Assembly: GCA_043228905.1 (NCBI GenBank)
Contig: JBHGNT010000003.1
Location: forward strand, 18,972,001 to 19,036,000
Length of the DNA stretch: 64,000 nt
Direction: 5' to 3'
Source: Azolla caroliniana
Taxonomy: Eukaryota; Plantae; Polypodiophyta
The translations under genes were made by a program, and so were the position numbers. The notes beneath the pieces are model-generated. The model was given only the letters and a program-made list of their open reading frames with translations. It was not told where the DNA came from and did no database searches. The first letter of the stretch is position 1, and each line of letters begins with the position of its first letter. Positions 1 through 14,700 of this stretch are shown here, one piece after another.

Positions 1-208
1 GCCTATATGCAAGTGGATCTCCAAAGCTGGAACAATATCTTCTAACAAACTATTTACTCCTTACTCTCCAATGAAGAGGTAAGACTGAGTATTTGTCATG
101 GACACTTTGTGTAATTATTTTTTCCTTGTTCTGTATGAATCTTTCCATTGCTTTTTGACATATATGTTGAATCTGAGTTGCTTTTTTTTTATCTATTCTT
201 TTCAACAG

Positions 209-1613
<1,405 letters not shown>

Positions 1614-2892
1614 GTGAGTCACAGAACAGTGCCTAATAGATTGAGCTATTAGTAGTTGGCATTAAGATCCTCACTTTAGGTTGTATTCAGCCATCTTCTT
1701 TGTAATAAGGATTGTTGAGGTTGTGTCAATCCTTTTCTTTATAGAATTGTAGATAATTTTATCCATTATCTTTATAAAGATTGCTGAGTTTGTCCAAGTG
1801 GGTCTTGTGCAAGAAGACTTCGATCTTGTCGTACTTATTTTGGGTATTCTAAGATCCTTTCTTCCTACAAATTTCTTTAGTGCAGTGAATTCAGACATCC
1901 TTTATAATATCTTTATTATTCTCTCCAATAGGTCCAAAGGAGTAAAAAGAATAACAAATCACCACACAAGTTTATACACATATACACAAAGTTATAAAAA
2001 GGTTTTGGGCCTTGTCCTCTATCAAGATTCATAATCCTTAACATTGATTGTTGTAAAGCATGCTGACACAATCTCTTGACATTTGTGAGGTAAAATCTGT
2101 GTTTGAATTGTCCAATCGTCTATCAAGAATGTTGTAATACCTCTCTGAATAGACTCAAGCAAGTCCTTGCATCACAGGATGGGATACATGAATCTTACAA
2201 TGTTGTCTTACTTCCACAACCCTATATTGTGACATTAAGATTGTGATAAACAGTGAAGTGTGTTTTACTAGACATTAAAGATTGTAAAGATTAAGATTTA
2301 AGCCTTCGGATAGAGTATGTGTAATTCTATTATCAGTGGAATACTTATAATTCTCTTAAGGACCAACAATTTTGATGATATTCAAAAGTTTCTTGAAGCG
2401 AAAATGCCCTCCACGCAATTGTATATTCAGTGTTTTCTTATAAATTCTCTTGAGGAACCTAAAATTACAATGATATTCAAAATTTTCTTGAAGTGAAAAC
2501 ACCATCAATGAGCTGAAAAGGTTATGAATGCAAGCACACAATTGAAACAAAACAATGCACAGCAAAAATATGGTTATCATTGATGATTGGATTACAGCAA
2601 TATATAAATAGACAAAAATTACTAGAGCCTTCAATGGGATTGCTTGTAATTAGAAGCATCAAATTATTAGCATAAATTAAAATACAAATTTATTGTTCTT
2701 TTTATCCGACAAAGGACACAAGAATATCTAGGCCCAAATTGATTCCAATCCTGATGACAAAATGCTAGATTCTCCAGGTGTAAATAACAGAGCCTCATTC
2801 TAAGTTTTTCTCTAGGTACAAAACGAGAATTGTATCTTATACACATCCTTAAATCTGTCAAAAGCTGAACTTCGGCCTCCCCCGCTCTTCAT

Positions 2893-5800
2893 TTAAGGTT
2901 GTAATAATTGATTAGAAAGTCCACTCTCACCTCCATCTTTAATACTTACAACCTTCTTCCAGAACCAATGTTCCCTCCACAGAACAGTACTGGCTTCAAT
3001 TGGGATACCTTTAGTCTCCGGGATAAAGAAGTATACGAAGGCTGACATTACAATAACAAAGAAAGCAAATAGAAGGAAGATTGTGGATTTCATTGCACAG
3101 AGTGTCGAAAGAAAAGCTTGTGCCATAAAGAAGGTGAATAACAAGTTCACTGATACCACTATACTTAGACCTGCCGACCTAAGCTCTAATGGAAATGTTT
3201 CACTGGGTATTAGCCACCCCATACAACCCCATGAATACGCAAACGCTATAACAAACACACATATCATTATCACAGTGATGATGCCTGATTCCTCCGGGAG
3301 ACCCCCCGTGTCCTGAAGTCCAATCCCAAGCAAAATTCCAATCACTGCCTGTGAAATTGAAAAAACCAAAGTTGCTTTCAGGCTCAATAAAAATTATGGG
3401 CTGTCATGATATGCATTTTCATCTCAAATGGGTTATAATTCTGGCATTTACTTATGATAAACCATTAATTTTCAAATCAATAATGACATATGTCATGGTA
3501 AAACACTTAGGTCTTTTGACCACTAATGGGAGACTTTAACATGTACTTGATGAAAAGCAAGTAGGTTTTAAAATTAATAATGGGCTATTATGCCATGTGC
3601 TTATTTATTGGTTGGTATATGTACTTAACTACGAACGATATAGCTTTCAATCTCAATAATGTGTTATTATAGTACATACTTGATGGTAAACAGTTAGTTT
3701 CCAATCAATAATGGGATATCATGATATATGATGCTAAAAAAGTAGTGTTCAATCAACAAACGACTATTATGATATATGTACTAGAACATCATAAACACGT
3801 AGCTTTCAATCAAGATTGGGTGATTAACGATAATGATGTGCTCAATGGTAGTTTATCTAATGCAAATTAGAGTTGAACATATACATTCATTGGTAAACGC
3901 AAACACACACACATATACCTGAGCCACAAACATTTGAGCTCCACCAAAAAGTAGTAGAATTTTGCGCCCAAATCGATCGACCACCACAATTGAAAGCACC
4001 GTTGCAAGAACATTCACCATGCCAGTAATCACCGCCGAATACAGGGATGCATTGCTCCCAAACCCTAAGGTTTGCAATAGCACTGGTGAATAGAACATTA
4101 TCGAATTGATTCCTGTAAGCTGTTGGAAGATCTGAAGCATAATTGCAATCACCAATGCAGGCAAGTTCTGCCTTCTCACTATCTCTCTGAAGGGGTGTTT
4201 CACCCGTGAGGCCAATTTGCTGGCTTTCACTAGCTCCTCAAATTCGTTATCAACATTAGGTTTGCCTCTAACCTTCTGAAGAATGGTTTTTCCTTCGTCG
4301 AGCAAACCACGCTCGATGAGGCTACTCGGGGTTTCTACAAGGAGAAAACAACCAATACCACAGAGAACGGCGGGTATGGCACCGATGCCGAAAGAAAGAC
4401 GCCATCCCCATGACCCCAGATTTGCAGTTCCCGTGTTTACAAGGTTTGCAATGAGGATTCCAATAGTGATATTCAGTTGAAAGGCGATGTTCAAGGCGCC
4501 TCGCAACTTCATTGGCGCCATCTCTGAAAGATAAATTGGCGCAGCCTACATTATATGAATTCCAATTTCATCATCCGAAGTACCATATATAATTCTCAAT
4601 TGCATTCTTTAGGGTTTATAGCATGCTAGCTGCTAATAATAACCGTGAAATCTTAGGTTCATGTTCATACCATAGTTCTAAGATCATGATGACCAAATTA
4701 TCCATAAACGGATGGGTAAATCTCTAGCTTTACTAATTCCCTAGGGTGATGCTTACTCTCATAACACATGAACATAAATGATCTAGCCAGGTCTAGAGTA
4801 ATACATAACCATGAAACTCTAGCTCTATGTCCAGGATCGTACCATCCTAATTGTGCAAGGTCTACCATGCACAAATGGGTCAATTCTCTCACCCATAATA
4901 TTTCAGTCACATGGTCATCCAAGAACTGATGGATCAGTCTCTGGCTTACGGACTCCCTAAGATAAGTTGTATATGCTCATAATGTATGAATATATATGAT
5001 CTAGCCTTTTCTATTAAACACAAAACCCTGTGTCTAATGTCCAGATTCTGTGGACTTACGAGCCATCCATGAGTAATGAGACAATTTCTGGCATTAACTC
5101 CATAAGTGAGAACATATGTTCATATATTAGGGTATCTATCCTTTAATATAAGTTATAACTATGAAACCCTATGCCTGTATACAGACCATACCTATCCAGA
5201 TTGTTCAAACTTGAAACATATAACCCATTAGCCAAAAGCTTTCAAAATCCTTGAAAACATAGCCATTTGGCAACCCGTACTTGTTTCTCCTGGAAACCAA
5301 AAGTTCTCAAAATAATATTTCACAATAAAATTGCCCCTACTTGTTTGTCTTGTTTAGGCACATGGCCATTCACATACCAACAGGTCAATCTCTAGCCTTA
5401 TTGATTCCTGATAGTTATTCATATACTTAAGAATAATACAATATTAACTTAAATACACTAACAAGAATATATACCTGGTTGCCAAACCCAACACCGCATC
5501 CTAGTATAATGCGTCCAAGCATAAGCATGATGAGATTCTGTGATAAGGTGGTAAGAACAACACCCACTATATAGAAGCAAGCCGAGATTATCATAGTTGG
5601 TCGTCTTCCAAGTTTTCGAGTTGTTTGCGAGGCCGCAAATGTGGAGATTAATCCAGCTATGTATAGTGATGATGTGAAAGCTTGTAGAAGTTGATCGCTA
5701 AATTTGCAATAATTGCTCTCGGAAGCTCCTTGTTTCTTTTCGTAGACAGTGGGGAAGAAATATAAGAGGAATGCATCCATGGATGCCACCCCACCTGCCT

Positions 5801-6252
5801 CCAAAAAAAGCTCTTTATTCTTACAGGGTAGAAAAAGATTGTTTGAGACTCTTTAATGTTCAGAAAAAGAAATGACTGATACATGACTAGTAAAAACTAG
5901 TGAGAAGAAACAGAACTATAAAAGGATAAATACATGACTAAGAAAAACAATGGAAATTTAGGAAAAGTGAACAACGAAAAAAGAAACCAGGAAGAGAATG
6001 GAAATTTAATGTTGGGAAAAACAATCTCTTTAATGTTGAGAAAAACAGCATTGACAAACAAGTAAGAAATGCTGGGAAGAGTGTGTATGTAATTATCTAA
6101 CCAGAGATGCCGATGCAATAGCCAAACATGAGTCCAGCACTGGAGGCCATGATGCTTGAGAGAACAACATAGAACGTGATCTGCATTTCTTCATCTATCC
6201 TTTCTATTCCTCTTTCTTCTTCTTCTTCTTTTTCATCTCCTCCTCCTTGCAT
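2893..6252 (-). CDS. STP13: Sugar transport protein (MFS sugar porter), STP13-like, 517 aa; exons 6252-6102, 5794-5475, 4545-3919, 3348-2893
   Basis: Four exons with GT-AG boundaries sum to 1554 nt in frame. Motifs: YCKF, FTSSLY, GRIILGCGVGFGNQ, SEMAP, FQLNITIGIL, ETPSSL, QQLTGINSIMFY, DRFGRK, PSETFPLELR, PETKG. The STP13 assignment is similarity from memory, not a phylogeny. Confidence 0.93.
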
Positions 6253-6254
6253 AC

Positions 6255-6521
6255 CTATATCATGATATGATGAAAGATGAACAGAGTAAATCAAAATATG
6301 AGCGAATATAGGGAAACAGAATATACATATGTATATGTATAATTTGTATATGTAAATGTATGTGTATGTGTATATGTATATGCATAATTTGCATATGTAT
6401 GTGTAAAATTTGTATATGTAAATGTATGTGTATATGTATATGTATATGCATAATTTGCATATGTATGTGTAAAATTTGTATATGTTGTAGAGGTGACTCA
6501 GTAGGGCTCCTTCTTCCTTAC
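6255..6521 (-). other. Probable 5'UTR intron of the STP gene
   Basis: Minus-strand donor AAG|GTAAGG at 6521 and acceptor TAG at 6257-6255, two nt before the ATG. Confidence 0.55.
6325..6485. repeat. Compound (TATATG)-type minisatellite with a higher-order unit of about 65 bp
   Basis: Repeated tatatg/tgtatg/aatttg units are directly visible. Confidence 0.85.
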
Positions 6522-6623
6522 CTTCTGCTGCTGCTGGTGTTGTGTATATGTATATGTATCTGTAAAGAGTGGGAATGGATTGTATTTTTTGATGAGATGT
6601 AATAGTTTGCAGATATTATTGAG

Positions 6624-6656
<33 letters not shown>

Positions 6657-6718
6657 GTATAATAGTTTGAAGAATGGATCTACTACTAATTTTTTGTAAA
6701 ATTTTCACTAGAACTCTC

Positions 6719-6757
<39 letters not shown>

Positions 6758-6778
6758 ATCTCTCTCTCTCTTTCTCTG
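6624..6778. repeat. (TA)(TG)n and (CT)n microsatellites upstream of STP
   Basis: Directly visible. Confidence 0.9.
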
Positions 6779-7907
6779 TGATAAAAATAGCACGATTCCT
6801 CGTTATCATCCATGATAATCGTCATGGTGTGCCCTGCTACCAAATTTTAACCTAATTTGACGATCCTCATGTGGCAAAATGCCTCTTTTTTTAACTTCAG
6901 AACGAACAGGAGAAATGCCCATCACAAATCTCTCTCTTTCTCTGTTCACACAGGAAAAGTTCCCTTACGGATTGACAACTAGGATGCTGCAGGAAAAAAA
7001 GTTCCTGTCTATATATATGTACATCTATCTAGATAGATAGATTTAGACATCTAGGATGCTCAGTGCAAAGTGTGTGATGTTAAGGGTAGTTGAATACCAA
7101 TGGCTCAGCCCAAGCCTGAACCGAGCCGTTAAACCGTTTTTTTATTAAACAGTTTCGCGGTTCGGTTCGGATAGATGACCCCGCCAACTGAGCTTCTTCT
7201 CCTCACACACCCTTCAATCTTCAGTTGATTCGATACACATCATGATCCAACCTCTTTGGATATCTACCCCAGACATATCAAATACCCCGTGAGTTAGGGT
7301 ATTTTTAATGTTTATATCCCTTTTACTTTATCGTCATCGCTCGAAAAAGGGAAAGTGGCCTACTCTTCTGAACTTGAGGTTCTTTAGTTAATTTGCATTA
7401 TGCGTGTTAAAAGCAACCGTTTATTGGTAAATTAACTTTATGTGATCACACTTTCTGCGTAATTTGATCATAGTAAGGCTCTATCAAGAGTTGAGAAATA
7501 GACAGAAAGAAAGCAAGAACCTACCAAGATGCGCATTCTCGAGATCTTCATTTGTATTGACTGTAAAGTTTATATGTTTTTTTCTACGTAAAGCTTTAGA
7601 CCCATTAAATAATTTCAAGACGTTGGATGTCCCACATGGATGTGTATAAATTCATTAAAGGATTAACTTGTCATTGTTCTTAAACATGATGGTACAATAG
7701 AAAGACATGTGACATATAGCATCGAGGTTTTATGTTTGAATCTTTTAGTCTAGGTTCTAGGCTTGATGTTGGATTCATTTTAAAGAAACTCTTAATTATG
7801 AAAAAAACTCTCCATGGATTTACCACATTGATATTGACAATTTCTACATTATCACCTTTTGCTAATACTAATGGTAAGTGATAACAACCTTGTAGACAAC
7901 ATCTCAT

Positions 7908-8995
7908 TGTGCGACTCCCTTAAGATTATTTCACCATTATAATAACATTTATAATGTATAATCACAATACTTATATGATTAGTTATTACAAGATATTTAA
8001 AGTATTCTAGAACGTTCTAGAATATTCCATGATGATCTTAAATATTCTAGAACATTCTAGAATACTCCATAAGGACCTATAAATAGGTGTCTATACATTC
8101 ATCACAACTCATTCGGTTCAAACTGTCATGACCTAAGAGCAAGAGAGAGATGGAAGAGCGGCGGAAGTTCAAATCCCATCGAGAGAACCAAATATTAGTC
8201 TTCTGGCCAAGTTTGATGGTACAAGGTATCAATTTCGTGGATTTTTAAATTAGGTACAAATTGTGATTAAATTACATCCTAGTCGTTACCCAATTGATGT
8301 TGCTCGTGTGGGACTGGTTGGTACCTTGTTAACTGGTACCACATTAGCATGGTTTGCACCACTCTTGGAGAAGCACTCACCATTATTAGAATATTTTGAT
8401 GGATTTATAAAGGAATTTGAAGCTAGCTTTGGAGACACAGATAATATGAGGACAACAATAAACAAAATTCGAAGATCACGACAAGGAGATCGTCTTGCTT
8501 CCCCTTACGCTGCAGATTTTTGCTTCCTGGCATGTGATATTCCATGGGATGAGGCGGCATTAATGGGCCAAGTTTGTCAAGGTTTACGAAATGACGTGAA
8601 GGATTTACTTCTTACCTTCCTTGATGATCCGAAATCTCTTACTGAAGCAATAACTCGGGCCGTGTGCTGTGACAATCCCTTATTTGAGTGACGTTCTAAA
8701 CGCCAACAAATGTTACACTTCAGATAAGAAAATTCATATGCTTCGGTGGTCGCAACTCCACCACAAGTGTCAAAGCCCAGTTTGATGGATGGCCCCATGC
8801 CGATGGAAATCAAGACAACACGACGTCGAGGACCATTATCGGATGCTGAAAAGCAAAGACGTCGAGTGAATCGTCTATGCCTATATTTTGGTGGTCCAAG
8901 ACATATAGGTGTGAATTGTCCACATAAACCAAGATGACAAGTTAACCAAGTACGTGCCCATGACAACCCCATTTCAATTTTTGCATCGCCTTCTC
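7908..8995 (+). mobile_element. Truncated Ty3/Gypsy (Tcn1-like) remnant: U3 part of an LTR plus decayed gag
   Basis: TTCTAGAA-rich U3 and TATAAATA at 8078. ORFs 8263-8691 and 8746-8937 encode a retrotransposon gag (HPSRYPIDVARVGLVGTLL; PMPMEI; CLYFGGPRHIGVNCP knuckle remnant) homologous to the gag at 13850-14260. Confidence 0.8.
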
Positions 8996-8999
8996 GTAA

Positions 9000-11900
9000 C
9001 CTAAGATGATCATTGTGTGTTTGTAAAAAGGTATGATGAAGGTGACTTCTTGATTCTCTTACTTTACGTAGATGACATGTTAATAGTCAGACATGACACA
9101 AAGAAGATCGTGAGCTTGAAGAAAGCATTAGGCAAATCGTTTTCCATGAAAGATATTGGACCAGCTAAACAGATCTTGGGGATGCACATAGTTTGAGACA
9201 GAATGAAGAATGTGCTATGGCTGTCAAAGAGAAGTATGTAACCAAGATCTTGGAAAGATTCAACATGTTGGAAGCAAAACCAATTGGGTCTACATTGCCG
9301 ACAAATTGGAAGTTGAATGCTAAGCAATGTCCAAAGAGTGAGAAGGAAATGGCCGAGATGAGGAAAATACCATATGCCTCGGTTGTCAACAGTTTAATGT
9401 ATGATATGGTCTTTATGAGACCAGACATAGCATTTGTAGTCGGAATAGTGAGCTGATATATGAGTTAATCCAGGGAGAGAACATTGGGCAGCAATGAAAT
9501 AGATATTCATGTACTTGAAAGGCACCTCAAGGGTATGTCTTAGGTATGGTTTTGGAAAACCTATGTTTGAAGGTTTTACCGACTCAGACATGTCGGGGGA
9601 TGTAGACTCCAGTCGATCCACATTAGGTTATGTCATGACCTATGTAGGGGGAGCAATGTCATGGCAGTCAATGTCAAGAGTAGCACTAAGACAGAGAAGT
9701 ATTGTCATGAACAATACTAAGACAGAGAAGGAATTAGTACTAAAAGATGAGGATTAGTACTTAGGGAGGTGTAGAACTCTTGAGAGAAGGAAAGAGTGAG
9801 TGAGTGAGAGACAGAGAGAGAATGATGATAACAAAGATATATATTATGTTAAGAGAATATACAGTAGTAGCTAGGAGGGTTAAGACCGGCGTTGAACCAA
9901 TTTGGTTCGAAATAATGCCTTGTGCCTCCTTTTATAGTGTTCTCAAGAGTACGCCTGAAGTTTCTAGAATGTTCTAGAGAAATCTAGAATATATATCAAT
10001 TTTCTATAGTAAAACTTACATGAAAATAATACCTTTCGTATTACAACATATAGTCTAATGGTCAAGAGCTCGACCCATGTAACATAAGGTCATGGGTTTG
10101 AGTTTTCTTCATGACACTATCCCCCCCTTTAAAACGACGATTGTCATGAGTCGTTTTGGATTGAGGACCCGGTTTTTCTGGATATTGACGATGGAAGTTT
10201 TCAAGAAGAGCACAAGCATTGGTCACATTCTCTATTGGTTCCCAAGAACGCTCGTTGGGACTATATCCTAGCCAATCGACTAAATAGTAGAGCTTGTTGC
10301 GAGCAATCTTGGAATCGAGGATGGCGGCAACCTCGTACTCAGGTCCATCTTCAAGTTCGATCGGGGGTGGAGGTTGTTTAATACGACCAGGGATGGTGCT
10401 GTCTTGATAGGGTTCAAGGAGAGAACTATGAAACACCGGATGTATCTGAAGTTGTGGAGGTAGATTGAGACGAAAAGCGACATCATTAATTTTTCCGATA
10501 ATACGGAAAGGACCTAATCACCGATAATCCAACTTCTCGCATGGGCAAGTAGTCTTGATGTGTCGTCGAAGTAGCCATACCCGATCTCCAATGTTAAAAC
10601 TGGATGGAAGCCGATGACGATCTGCGTAAACCTTGTGTGTTTGTTGAGGTTGTTGTAGATGAGTAGATAAATCGGCTTGTATCTTGCGCAACCACTCCAA
10701 ACGATCCTCTACGCAAGGATTTGTGGGTAACTCTGGGGTTTCAAATACACACCATCGGGGGTGACAACCTGTATAAGCATAAGATGGTGTAACCTTTGTC
10801 GATGACTGGACAGAGTTATTATACGCAAATTCGGCGAAGTGGAGAATATCCGCTCAGTCATCTTGATGATAGCTTAGAAAGCACCGAAGATACTGCTCTA
10901 GCGTTTGATTTGTTCGTTCTGCTTGGCCGTCTGTTTGCGGTGGTAGCCGGAGGAGAGGTTACAAGTGACCTTGAGCATTTTAAAGAGGTGCTTCTAGAAT
11001 TTTGAGACGAACTGGGGTCCACGGTCGCTGATGATACTATCGGGAAGGCCATGATGCCGACATACTTCATGCATGACAGTTTCGGCGGTTTCCTCACTGG
11101 AGATTTCCTTAGTTCATGGCAAAAAATGGGCCATCTTCGTATATCAATCTACTACTGTTAAGATTGCATCGAATCCCTTAGAGACCGGAAGATCTGTGAT
11201 GAAATCTAGAGTAATGGATTGCCACGGCTTGCTTGGAATTGGCAATGGTTCTAATAAACCATATGGATGATGCCTTGGCATTTTTGCTTTGAAACATGTA
11301 TCACAAGTCCAAACAAAATCTTCGACAAATTGTTGCATATGGGGCCACCAGAATGATCGTTGTACTAAATCTAATGTTTTAGTACTACAAAAATGCCCAT
11401 TTGTATATGTGTCATGACAGTTTTGGAGTACTCGAAGGCAACAAGAACCATTAGGAACATACAAGAGTTTCTTAAAGAATAGTAATCCATCATGACATTC
11501 GAATTGTCGATAGTTCGTACCTAGTTGTTGCCACTGTGAACAAGATGCTCAAGAGGGATCAATTTGTGCTAGAATGACTTGGGCGAAAGCATCTGTCTTC
11601 AAGTCCTCACGTATGGTATCGATAACGTGGGAATTCAAGGGCATTCCGAAGACCTATGTTGCTTGCAGTCGTGTTGGTCCCAGGACTACTTTCTGGTTAT
11701 CGAAAGTTGGCTCGCCAGGACGTGGTGCTAGATACGAGTTCCATGATAATGCATCTGCCTTCCCTTGTTGCTTCCTCGAGTTCTATAATTTTGAAGTTGA
11801 AACGAGTGAGGAATTGGGCCCACCGAGCTTGATGTCGATTTAACACACGAGCATTCTGAAAGTAGGCAAAGTTTTTGTGATCACCGAATATGGTGACTTG

Positions 11901-14658
11901 ATGAGAAGATCCCTCTAGAAAATGCGTCCATTGTGTAAAAGAGTCCACTATTGCTAATAGCTCCTTATCTTGAATTTCATAGTTGATTTCGGCGGCGTCA
12001 AACTTGCTTTAGTGGAAAGCCACAGGATGGTCTTCTCATCATCACCTTGTTGTGACAGAATGCTACCCAACCGAAATCTGACACGTCTGCTTCGATGATG
12101 AATGGTTTTTCCGGATCAACATGAGCCAGAATAGGAGTTGATGTAAATGCCTGCTTAAGACCCTCAAAAGCGATGTTTGCTTCTTCAGACCAAACAAACG
12201 ATTGTCCCTTCTTGGTGAGCTGTGTGAAGGCAGAACAAGCTTTGAGTAATCCTGTATAAATTTGCGGTAGAAATTGTCAAAGCCAAAAAACATTGCACAT
12301 CTCACAACGAATGTGGAGTTTGCCACTCTACCACCGTTTTGACCTTGGCGGGATCCATGGAGATGCCTTAAGAGGAAATGACATAGCCCAGAAATTCTAC
12401 CTAATTGCACTCGAAACTACATTTTTCCAACTTTGCATAAAGACCATGTTCTCGAAGTTGTTTTAGTACTAATAGTACATGAGAATCATGCACTTCTTGG
12501 TTCTTTGAATAAACCAATAGATCATCCAAATAGATGATCAAACAAACATCCAAGAGATCTCGGAATATATCATTTGCCATGTGTTGGAAGACTGTTGGCG
12601 CATTAGTGAGGCCGAATGGCATGACCATATACTCGAAGTGCCCATATCTGGTGCGAAACGCGGTCTTCCATTCATCTCCTAGTCGAATCCATACGAGGTT
12701 ATGTGCTCCTCGTAAGTCGATCTTTGTGAAGAAGCTTGCACCATTGATCTGTTCTAAAAGACTTGAGATAAGGGGAAGTGCGTACCTATTCCTGATAGTA
12801 ACCTTATTCAAGCCACGATAATCTACGACGAGACAAAGTGATCCATCCTTTTTCTTGACGAAGAAAATGGGTGTGTCAGCTGGAGATTTCGAATGTTGAA
12901 TGAAACCATTTGCCAAATTCTCCTCTATATAGGCTCGAAGGACTTCTAGCTCGGTTGGTAACAAATTGTAGATCGATCCCCATGGTGGCTCTTTTCCCGG
13001 TTGTAAATCGATGGGGCAATCATATGATCGATGGTGAGGAAGCGTATTGGCTTGTACTTTATCGAACACATCGGCATAATGACGATACTTTTTTGGAAGT
13101 TGAACGATGGACTCCTCTTTAGTTGTGTTGGAGGGCTTTACTGATACTACGAAGAGAAACATTTCTTCCACGTGTCCTTCCTCATGCAATTGATGTAGTG
13201 AAATGGTTGCAATCTTATGAGTAAATCCTCGGCTTTGTCGATACCAGATTTTTCTTGTTCTCCAATCTATGACTGGGTTATGTAATTCGAACCATGGTAA
13301 TCCCAAAACAATGGGATGTTCTGGGATACTAATTATATTAAAGGATACTACACACGCTAAATTATCTAGGACAACATTAATGGGCTCTAACTCTTTTATG
13401 ATATTTCCGGAAGTGATGGGATGACCATGAATGGCTACTATAGAGGTTGGACACGGGAGTTTTCTTAGGGATATCTGATGAGGTTGGGCAAAATTCCTAT
13501 CCATGAAGCAAGAATTAGCTTCGGAATCTAGGAGTGCTGAGACATGTACTAGAGAGGTACTTTTAGTACCAGCGATTACTTGGGCTAAGAACACATTGCT
13601 AACTTGCTTAGAGGGAATAAGACCACTAATGGGCTGCACAAATCTAGGGCTATCCAACCAAACGACTCCTATTTTGGCTGGACTTAGTCGTTTAACTCTT
13701 CTTCTAACTGACTAAGGACATCAAATTTGTTCAATAGATTTGGGTTATTAGTACTATTAGGACTATTAGATATTCCTACTAAAATAGACTCGGGATTAGT
13801 ACAATTAGAACTAGCAACTATTTGGTTCACCTGTCTTCTTGGCCTATGGGGACAGTTCACTGCAATATGCCCTGGTTCACCGCAATAAAGACATAGTCGA
13901 TTTGCTCGACGTTGTTGCTTTTCTTCTTCCGATAATGGTGCACAACGACGTGTAGTGTCAATTTACATCGGAGTTGGAGTATTCACTGGAGACGCATTAT
14001 ATGAATCCCTTGGAAAAGGTTTTGCTACCATTGAGGCGTAGGTGGGCTCTGATCTTGCTACCACTGAGGCACTTAACAAAGTGCCTACTAAACCCACTCG
14101 TGATGCATCGGTGGGATATCGGGAAGGATGCATTTGAATGACTAATCGTACTTGATTAAGGAATCCTCTAAATTGCGATCGCGTTCCATCGAATTTCATG
14201 GGAAGGCCGATCTTGGGTTCTTTATGAACTCCTTGCGTATTGGGTCCTTGTTGTTGCATTGCTGCTATGGTTGCTTCGAGTTATTGCACGCGTAACGCTA
14301 GTTCCCCATGTTGTTGTTGTGTCTGCTGCTTCTCTAAGGAGATTTGTTGAAGCTCCCCCAACAGTCGTTGATTTTCTTGTTCCAATGTGAGAAACTTCTC
14401 TTTCAAGCATTGCAACTCCGAAAAAACAGATTGATATTCTTGAGCGCTAACTGTGGCCATAATATGAGAGAAAAGAGGAATAAGATATTAGTATGAAGGG
14501 AGGGAGAAGTAAGAAGATAAAGGAAGAGAAGGAAGGAGACAAAATCGGTTCAAACTATTAGGGGCAATACTAAGACAAAGAAGGAATTAGTACTAAAAGA
14601 TGAGGATTAGTACTAAGGGAGGCGTAGAACTCTCGAGAGAAGGAAAGAGTGAGTGAGA

Positions 14659-14700
<42 letters not shown>

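Noticed and set aside
3349-3918. Degenerate ~60-bp periodicity in STP intron 3
   Set aside because: Too decayed to define units; most likely an old tandem repeat.
6260-6602. His-Ile and Cys-Ile rich ORFs resembling metal-binding peptides
   Set aside because: Translations of a hexamer minisatellite in a probable UTR intron.
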